Of a DNA stretch of 64,000 bases, positions 58,715-64,000 are shown in pieces. A program made the translations under genes and the position numbers. Each line of letters opens with the position of its first letter. The first letter of the stretch is position 1. The DNA lies in assembly GCA_964595465.1 (NCBI GenBank), contig CAZQQI010000001.1:68952-132951 (forward strand), given 5' to 3'. This stretch comes from an uncultured Planctomycetales bacterium. GTDB taxonomy: Bacteria; Omnitrophota; Gorgyraeia; Zapsychrales; JANLHA01. The notes beneath the pieces were generated by a model. The model worked only from the letters and a program-made list of their open reading frames with translations, was not told the DNA's origin and did not search any database.

Positions 58715-59284
58715 TTAAGGCAGCGTCCCGGTACGTTTACGGAAGTGATATTCCACATAACCGGAAAGGATTTCCTGAAGCTTCTGCGAAGGGGGAACAA
58801 CAAAATAATGCGACATCAAAACATGGGCGATTTCATGGACCATGATCCCCATAGAGATGTCGGCATGAGAAAGATAAAGGGTATTTTTTTCATGCAGATA
58901 AAATGCGCGCTCAAAAAAATCATCATGAAAAAGCGCACGGTATTCTGCATTGAGAGATTCTTGATCAGAAAAGATCTTGATGTTGCCGTGGAAAGAATAC
59001 AGGGCGATCCCCAGCACGTCACCGACCTCGAGAAAGATCGCATCCATGGTCTTTCCCAAGACGTCCGGAACAGCATCTCCGCTGTCTTCTAAAGCCTTGT
59101 CAAACTGTAAAAAAATGTTGAAATTGATGCGTTCAAGAAGATCCGCCCCATCCATGCCCGGATAAGCGTAAATAGTAAAATATTCGCTTTCTACTAGCAG
59201 CGGATACTGCTTTTCCTGTGCTCGAACGGAAGCTGCCGCACAGAGCACAAAGACCACGATCATAATCAGACGAAATGCATGCAT
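58715..59284 (-). CDS. Secreted putative zinc metalloprotease (HExxH, peptidase-MA-like)
   Basis: Signal peptide. MVHEIAHVLMSHY is an HExxH motif, with a downstream Glu in QEILSGYVEY. Confidence 0.5.
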   Translation of the reverse strand: MHAFRLIMIVVFVLCAAASVRAQEKQYPLLVESEYFTIYAYPGMDGADLLERINFNIFLQFDKALEDSGDAVPDVLGKTMDAIFLEVGDVLGIALYSFHGNIKIFSDQESLNAEYRALFHDDFFERAFYLHEKNTLYLSHADISMGIMVHEIAHVLMSHYFVVPPSQKLQEILSGYVEYHFRKRTGTLP

Positions 59285-59853
59285 TAGACTTTGAAATAAT
59301 TCAGAATATCATAAAGGTCTTTGAGCATCTTATGCAGACGCTGCCGGTCTTCCGGAGACGCTGTAAAATCCTTCTCCTCCAAAAAATTGGTCAGTGCGCG
59401 GCACTGCCCTCCGATCTCCAGATGCTTCTGTCGCAGCGTTCGGGTCATGCCGGCCAGACGATGGGCCAATTCCTGCAATTGATCCCGGTCACGGATATGA
59501 AAATCCCGGGTGAGATCGCCTTTTTCCACATAGTCCACTTCCCGGCTGATCCGAAAGATCGGCCCCGCAATTTTATGGGAAACGAACAATGTCATCGCGA
59601 TCACGGCCAGAGAAGCAAAAACCGCGACCACCAACAATGTCGCGAGCAGATGCGGCAAAATGACCTCCACAGTCGGCTTGGCAACAACCTTGGTATCAGC
59701 AATCGTAACTGTCGTCGAACCCTGCAGGACAAAAAACATGATTCCGCCGATCAGACATGCCGAAACGATAACCACGGCACAAAACCGCATAATAAAACTC
59801 GTTTGAAAAACCGGATCAATAAAATAATTCCGTCGACGGCTGTTCCCTTCCAT
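59284..59853 (-). CDS. Membrane protein with two TM helices and a HAMP domain, no output domain
   Basis: Two hydrophobic helices followed by a HAMP-like AGPIFRISREVDYVEKGDLTRDFHIRDRDQLQELAHRLAGM. Start trimmed to MEGNS. Confidence 0.55.
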   Translation of the reverse strand: MEGNSRRRNYFIDPVFQTSFIMRFCAVVIVSACLIGGIMFFVLQGSTTVTIADTKVVAKPTVEVILPHLLATLLVVAVFASLAVIAMTLFVSHKIAGPIFRISREVDYVEKGDLTRDFHIRDRDQLQELAHRLAGMTRTLRQKHLEIGGQCRALTNFLEEKDFTASPEDRQRLHKMLKDLYDILNYFKV

Positions 59854-59861
59854 GTGCCCTC

Positions 59862-60413
59862 CTATGGTTGGATACCCAACAAGGATTCCCGGATCTTCAG
59901 CTGTGCGCTGGCGCGCAGAGACGCGATCCATTCCTCTAGTTCCCGGACTTGTTTCTGATGGCGCAAAACAAACCGGATCTGAGACGCAGTCTTATCATAC
60001 GTCTGCCCGGAAAACCGTGTGTCTTTATACTGGTCATAATACGCCCGGACTTCCTGCTCGGAGACAGGGATCTCCTCGGCCAATTGCTCTGTTTTCCGGC
60101 GGATCATCCGTTTCAGAAGGGCCTGCTCCCAGAAAGACTGGATCTCTGCTAAAAATTCCGGCTGTTTATCCAGATCCAGCTGTACGGCCTCTTTCAGGAT
60201 CAATTTGGTATCGATATACTGATCAAGAAATTGTTCCCGCGCCTTTTCCCCCTTGCCGGCGTACCGGGACTGCTGAAAGGCGCGTTCAAATTCTTCAGCC
60301 GTAACGGATATTCCATCGATATCCAAAGCCGCCGGAGGCCGTGCCCGCCCGCAGCCCGCAGAAAGGCACACCGCCAAGACACAGGCGAGGCCAACAAAAA
60401 ACTCTTTTCTCAT
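59862..60413 (-). CDS. Lipoprotein with SurA-N-like chaperone domain
   Basis: Lipobox LSAGCG; helical domain resembling the SurA/PpiD N-terminal chaperone region. No PPIase domain. Confidence 0.45.
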   Translation of the reverse strand: MRKEFFVGLACVLAVCLSAGCGRARPPAALDIDGISVTAEEFERAFQQSRYAGKGEKAREQFLDQYIDTKLILKEAVQLDLDKQPEFLAEIQSFWEQALLKRMIRRKTEQLAEEIPVSEQEVRAYYDQYKDTRFSGQTYDKTASQIRFVLRHQKQVRELEEWIASLRASAQLKIRESLLGIQP

Positions 60414-60515
60414 AACTGCTCCTCCTCATCCCCAGTTACGATCATTATACTACGTCTCCCCCTCGGCACTCAAAGAAAAAAGCAGGGAAATCGATGCCGA
60501 CGCCCGCTCCTCTGC

Positions 60516-62267
60516 CTACCACTTGTAAGAAAATTCCACCCAGGGATGCATATGATCCCCGTCCGAAGGCGTCGGTCCGCTTAAAGGATATCCGATCTCC
60601 AAACGGAAATCCAGATCCTCAGTCACATTATAACGCAGGCCGAAGCCGGCTCCCTGCAGAGTATGCTTTTCCTTCTCCCCAGCGTCAGGACGATTACGTT
60701 GAGCATAAGCCCAGTCCCAAAAAAGGACCAAACGCAGGGCGTCGTAAAGACGGTCTTTGGAAAACGGAGCGCCGGCATCCCGCGGGATCGGATAGACCGG
60801 GATAGAAAGTTCCAGCGCGGTATACCACCCCTTATCTCCGGAAAATTCTGCCGGGGGGTATCCCCGGACACTGGTCGGGCCGCCGATCTGGAACTCTTCG
60901 GATGCGACCAGTGTATCGTTGCTGAACTGGCCATAATTCTTCCATAAAAGGGCGGTCTCCCAGGGCATCGGCTGAAGACGAAAAAGATTAACGATCCCTT
61001 TGGTGAACTCGGCACCCGAACCGGCACCGCCCCGCGAAGAATGCGGATCCTCCGCTGCCATCCCGCCCAAAATATCCGGGATACCGCGGTCAACCTCTGT
61101 TACCAAAATAGAACGCCCCCAGCGGTCAGAAATATCGAAATCCAGCCCGCCTTTTACGACACGCAATTCATCCCGGGACAGCTGTGCTCCCAACATCGTA
61201 TCTTCGATACTCTTATAATCGAAACCCGCATTAGCACGGACCTCCGCGTTTTCGGTTTCATAGAGGTTCTGTGTTAAGAACAGACCATAAATTGCCGCCT
61301 CCCCTTCCGCGTCCAGCGCGGCAAATTCATCGCCGGAACGGACCTTACTGTATAAAGCATAGGCCCCGATCTCTAATTCCATATCGACCGGATAGACATA
61401 CCGCAAGAGGCCCAATGTTAATTGCTGGTTTTCCGCCAGCTGCCCTTTAAAATACATCTTGTCATCGTGACCTGTCAGGTTGTTATGCTCCAGGATAAGG
61501 GCGTAACGGTCTTCATCAATAAATCGGGATCCCCAGTTGTCGTAGGATACACCGGCATGGAAGGGCAGCCGGTCATCAACTTCCAGCACAACATCTGTTG
61601 TTCCCGGCTTGCCCCCCGGGACCAGAACCGCGCGGGCGGTACGGTCGGGATGCTCATTGATATAAACCAGAGATTTCTGCAAGGCTGAGTAATCAAAATA
61701 CCCCTGCGACTTGAGACCAATCTGTTCACGGAGCTGATCTGTCCGGAAATGCTCGTTCCCCCGGATATCGACTTCTCCCAGGCGGCCTTCGACCACACGG
61801 ATCACAAGCACCCCGCTCTGCAGATCCTGAGGCGGAAGATAGGCCCGTGAGGTCACAAATCCTTTTTCCCGGTAGCGTGCCGTCAGCAGATCGGCAATTT
61901 TCTGCATGTCTTTTAAAGTCAGTTTTTGTCCTTCGTATTCGGCGGTTACCGAACGCACCTCGTCTTCGGTTAAAAGAGTATAATCCTCCACGCGTATCGT
62001 GCGGATCATGACCTCCGGCCCGGCGTTTTCCATATCTTCTTCCTGAACATCTGCAGCCTGGTCCTGAATCCGTTCAGCTGTAATACGGCGCTGCAGATCT
62101 TCCTGCTGCCGGCGCTGTTCTTCTCGTCCGGCGATCCCTCCGGCACGCTGTGCCGTCGGCGGATCTGCTGCAGCGGACATTCCCGTGAAAATCAAACAGA
62201 TCCATCCCATCAGAACCAGCATCATATACTTTTTGCCCATATTTACTCCTTTTGCAGTCATTCGCAT
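60516..62267 (-). CDS. ShlB/FhaC/HecB-family (TpsB) Omp85 transporter with POTRA domain
   Basis: Signal peptide and POTRA region (VIRVVEGRLGEVDIRGNEHF). ShlB-type signature (YINEHPDRTARAVLVPGGKPGTTDVVLEV). C-terminal beta-barrel ending in an aromatic residue (...EFSYKW). Confidence 0.75.
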   Translation of the reverse strand: MRMTAKGVNMGKKYMMLVLMGWICLIFTGMSAAADPPTAQRAGGIAGREEQRRQQEDLQRRITAERIQDQAADVQEEDMENAGPEVMIRTIRVEDYTLLTEDEVRSVTAEYEGQKLTLKDMQKIADLLTARYREKGFVTSRAYLPPQDLQSGVLVIRVVEGRLGEVDIRGNEHFRTDQLREQIGLKSQGYFDYSALQKSLVYINEHPDRTARAVLVPGGKPGTTDVVLEVDDRLPFHAGVSYDNWGSRFIDEDRYALILEHNNLTGHDDKMYFKGQLAENQQLTLGLLRYVYPVDMELEIGAYALYSKVRSGDEFAALDAEGEAAIYGLFLTQNLYETENAEVRANAGFDYKSIEDTMLGAQLSRDELRVVKGGLDFDISDRWGRSILVTEVDRGIPDILGGMAAEDPHSSRGGAGSGAEFTKGIVNLFRLQPMPWETALLWKNYGQFSNDTLVASEEFQIGGPTSVRGYPPAEFSGDKGWYTALELSIPVYPIPRDAGAPFSKDRLYDALRLVLFWDWAYAQRNRPDAGEKEKHTLQGAGFGLRYNVTEDLDFRLEIGYPLSGPTPSDGDHMHPWVEFSYKW

Positions 62268-63541
62268 ATACTCTGAATCAGCAGGGTAAGCTCTTCGGCA
62301 AGCCGGGGCTCCTCTTCTATCAGATAATCCCGCTCCCTGACCGCGGAGGTCCGGTCTCCAAGCTGAGCGTAAGACATACCTAAATAATAATGAATATCCC
62401 CATCTTTATCACCCTGCGCCAGGGCATCACGAAAGGCCCGGACAGCGGCCTTATATTCCCCCAGATAATAACACACTTTTCCCAGAAGACGATATGCTGC
62501 AAAACATTTTTCCTGCATTCGCACACTTTTTTGAATATAAGGATACGCGCGCTGATGATCTCCGAGCACCTCTGAACAGATCTCCGCCATACGGTAATAG
62601 GCGTAACTGTCCTCAGGGTCTCTCTCGACAGCCTCCCGGAAAACGAGCAGAGACTCTTCATTCAGACCACAGGCCTGCAGAGCATCGGCCAATTCACGAT
62701 AAGCCTGCACCTCATCGGGACGCACATGCGCCGCCTTGGCGAACATATCCGCTGCTTCCCGTACACTGCCGTGGTCCAGATACAATTGTCCCAAATTAAA
62801 ATACGCCTCATAATGCAAAGGATCGATCCCGATCGCCTTGTGCAGAGCCTCCCGGGCACGGCGGGGATGCTCCAGCTTTAAATGAAGAAGCCCCAATTGA
62901 AAATAGTAATGCGCGTTATCCGGGTCGGTGGAAATCGCTTTTTGAATGGCATCCACAGCCTGTTCATACCGTTCCAAACGGCTGTAGGCAATGCTCAACC
63001 CGGCATATTTTTTTCCATCCGAACGGGATAATTTGCGATTTAACGGACGCTGCAGCCAGACCTGCAGACGCAAACCTTCCAGTTCAATATGAAATTGTTC
63101 TCTGACCTCAGGCAGGGTTAAATACGCAATATAACTTCCCGTTGCGACCATGTTGAAATAAAATTTAAAGACATATTCAAGAGTGTCCGGTGTGCCCCAT
63201 TGCAGAAAAGTGATATATCCCAGAGTGACAATATGACTGATCCCTAAAACAATAAAAACCGCCCGGGAAAATTTATTGAGCAGAAGGATACCGAAAGCGC
63301 AGAAGATGACCAGAAACATCCATACCGCCCGAACGGTGATGAGTCCGGAGAGATAACTGTGAAACAGGTCAAAAGGATAAACCGCCAGCATGGCGGCCCA
63401 CATGGTCAAACGGGAACGGATCTCTTCCGCAAAAGGAAAAACGTCAAGATAGGTGTTCAGCAGAAGAAAAACATTGCTTGCTATGATCAGCCAGCCGATG
63501 ACCGTCACACCGGCCGAACGCCTTTTCGCGTGTTGGGACAT
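62258..63541 (-). CDS. Polytopic membrane protein with C-terminal TPR repeats
   Basis: About five N-terminal TM helices, then at least six TPR-like repeats. Its stop overlaps the start of the TpsB-like gene. Confidence 0.6.
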   Translation of the reverse strand: MSQHAKRRSAGVTVIGWLIIASNVFLLLNTYLDVFPFAEEIRSRLTMWAAMLAVYPFDLFHSYLSGLITVRAVWMFLVIFCAFGILLLNKFSRAVFIVLGISHIVTLGYITFLQWGTPDTLEYVFKFYFNMVATGSYIAYLTLPEVREQFHIELEGLRLQVWLQRPLNRKLSRSDGKKYAGLSIAYSRLERYEQAVDAIQKAISTDPDNAHYYFQLGLLHLKLEHPRRAREALHKAIGIDPLHYEAYFNLGQLYLDHGSVREAADMFAKAAHVRPDEVQAYRELADALQACGLNEESLLVFREAVERDPEDSYAYYRMAEICSEVLGDHQRAYPYIQKSVRMQEKCFAAYRLLGKVCYYLGEYKAAVRAFRDALAQGDKDGDIHYYLGMSYAQLGDRTSAVRERDYLIEEEPRLAEELTLLIQSICE

Positions 63542-63545
63542 ACTG

Positions 63546-64000
63546 TTATCCAGGATTGATCACGTTAAAAACAGCTGAATAATCGGACGCCTCATCTCCC
63601 TGCTCCATGCCGTTTTTCAAACACTCCGCGATCTCTGCCACGATCCTGTTATCCAATCCGGCCTCCTGTCCCGCGGCCAAGATCAAATTCACATCTTTTA
63701 ACATGTGCCGCACAGGAAAATTCGGATCGGAAAAATCACGGCTGAGCATACGGGGGAGTTTTTTATCAAAGGCCGGCGAATACAGGGCACTATTACGCAG
63801 AATATCCATAAAGTCCTCCACCTTGACACCGGACCGCTGAACCAGCCCCAGACTGAAAGAAAATGCCGCAGCCAAAGCAATGATCAGCTGGTTCAGGGCC
63901 AATTTCAGGGCCGCTGCCTGCCCGACATCTCCAACCAGGCGGGGCTCGGGGCCGAACACCTTAAGGACCGGCTCATACTTTTCAAAAAGAACCGATTCCG
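63546..64000 (-). CDS. NAD(P)-dependent 3-hydroxyacid dehydrogenase family (HIBADH/6PGDH-like), C-terminal part; 5' end beyond window
   Basis: C-terminal helical domain with ALKLALNQLI...MLKDVNLILAAGQEAG, typical of the HIBADH/GarR family. The N-terminus lies past 64000. Confidence 0.6.
   Translation of the reverse strand, partial: ESVLFEKYEPVLKVFGPEPRLVGDVGQAAALKLALNQLIIALAAAFSFSLGLVQRSGVKVEDFMDILRNSALYSPAFDKKLPRMLSRDFSDPNFPVRHMLKDVNLILAAGQEAGLDNRIVAEIAECLKNGMEQGDEASDYSAVFNVINPG

Noticed and set aside
1-64000. CRISPR arrays, tRNA or rRNA genes, integrases or transposases
   Set aside because: No tandem direct-repeat/spacer structure was seen in any intergenic region. The few gaps over 100 bp are AT-rich leaders or the structured repeat and do not fold as tRNA cloverleaves. 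No ORF shows integrase or transposase motifs. The window appears to be non-mobile core chromosome.

Overview
This 64 kb window looks like core chromosome of a diderm (Gram-negative-type) bacterium at about 55% GC. About 60 genes run almost entirely on the minus strand, and only three CDS near 56.3-58.7 kb are on the plus strand. From high to low coordinates on the minus strand it contains the following blocks. (1) Envelope, signalling and stress genes: an orphan ShlB/FhaC-type Omp85 transporter, TPR proteins, a HAMP protein, two atypical single-domain response regulators, a GH57 glycoside hydrolase, a CDF transporter, an M48 peptidase, an AddAB-like helicase-nuclease pair, a TPR-RDD protein, an Smr protein and a PLD-family lipoprotein. 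(2) yggS-proC-mtnP and ileS-dksA-like-lspA-lgt-rluD. (3) aroA, then the mreBCD-mrdA-rodA cell-shape operon. (4) A large type IV pilus locus: two tandem PilB-like ATPases, PilC, a secreted coiled-coil protein, major pilin PilA, Cys-rich minor pilins, a PilX/PilY1-like protein, and PilMNOPQ. (5) rng, rplU, obg, proB, proA, nadD and a partial phosphohexomutase. I found no rRNA or tRNA genes, no CRISPR array, and no transposase, integrase or other mobile-element genes. The most unusual sequence-level feature is a roughly 290 bp structured intergenic repeat present twice at about 88% identity (3342-3629 and 28898-29189), each copy abutting the stop codon of the upstream minus-strand gene. All functional calls come from reading the translated ORFs for conserved motifs and domain architecture. 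No database searches were run.
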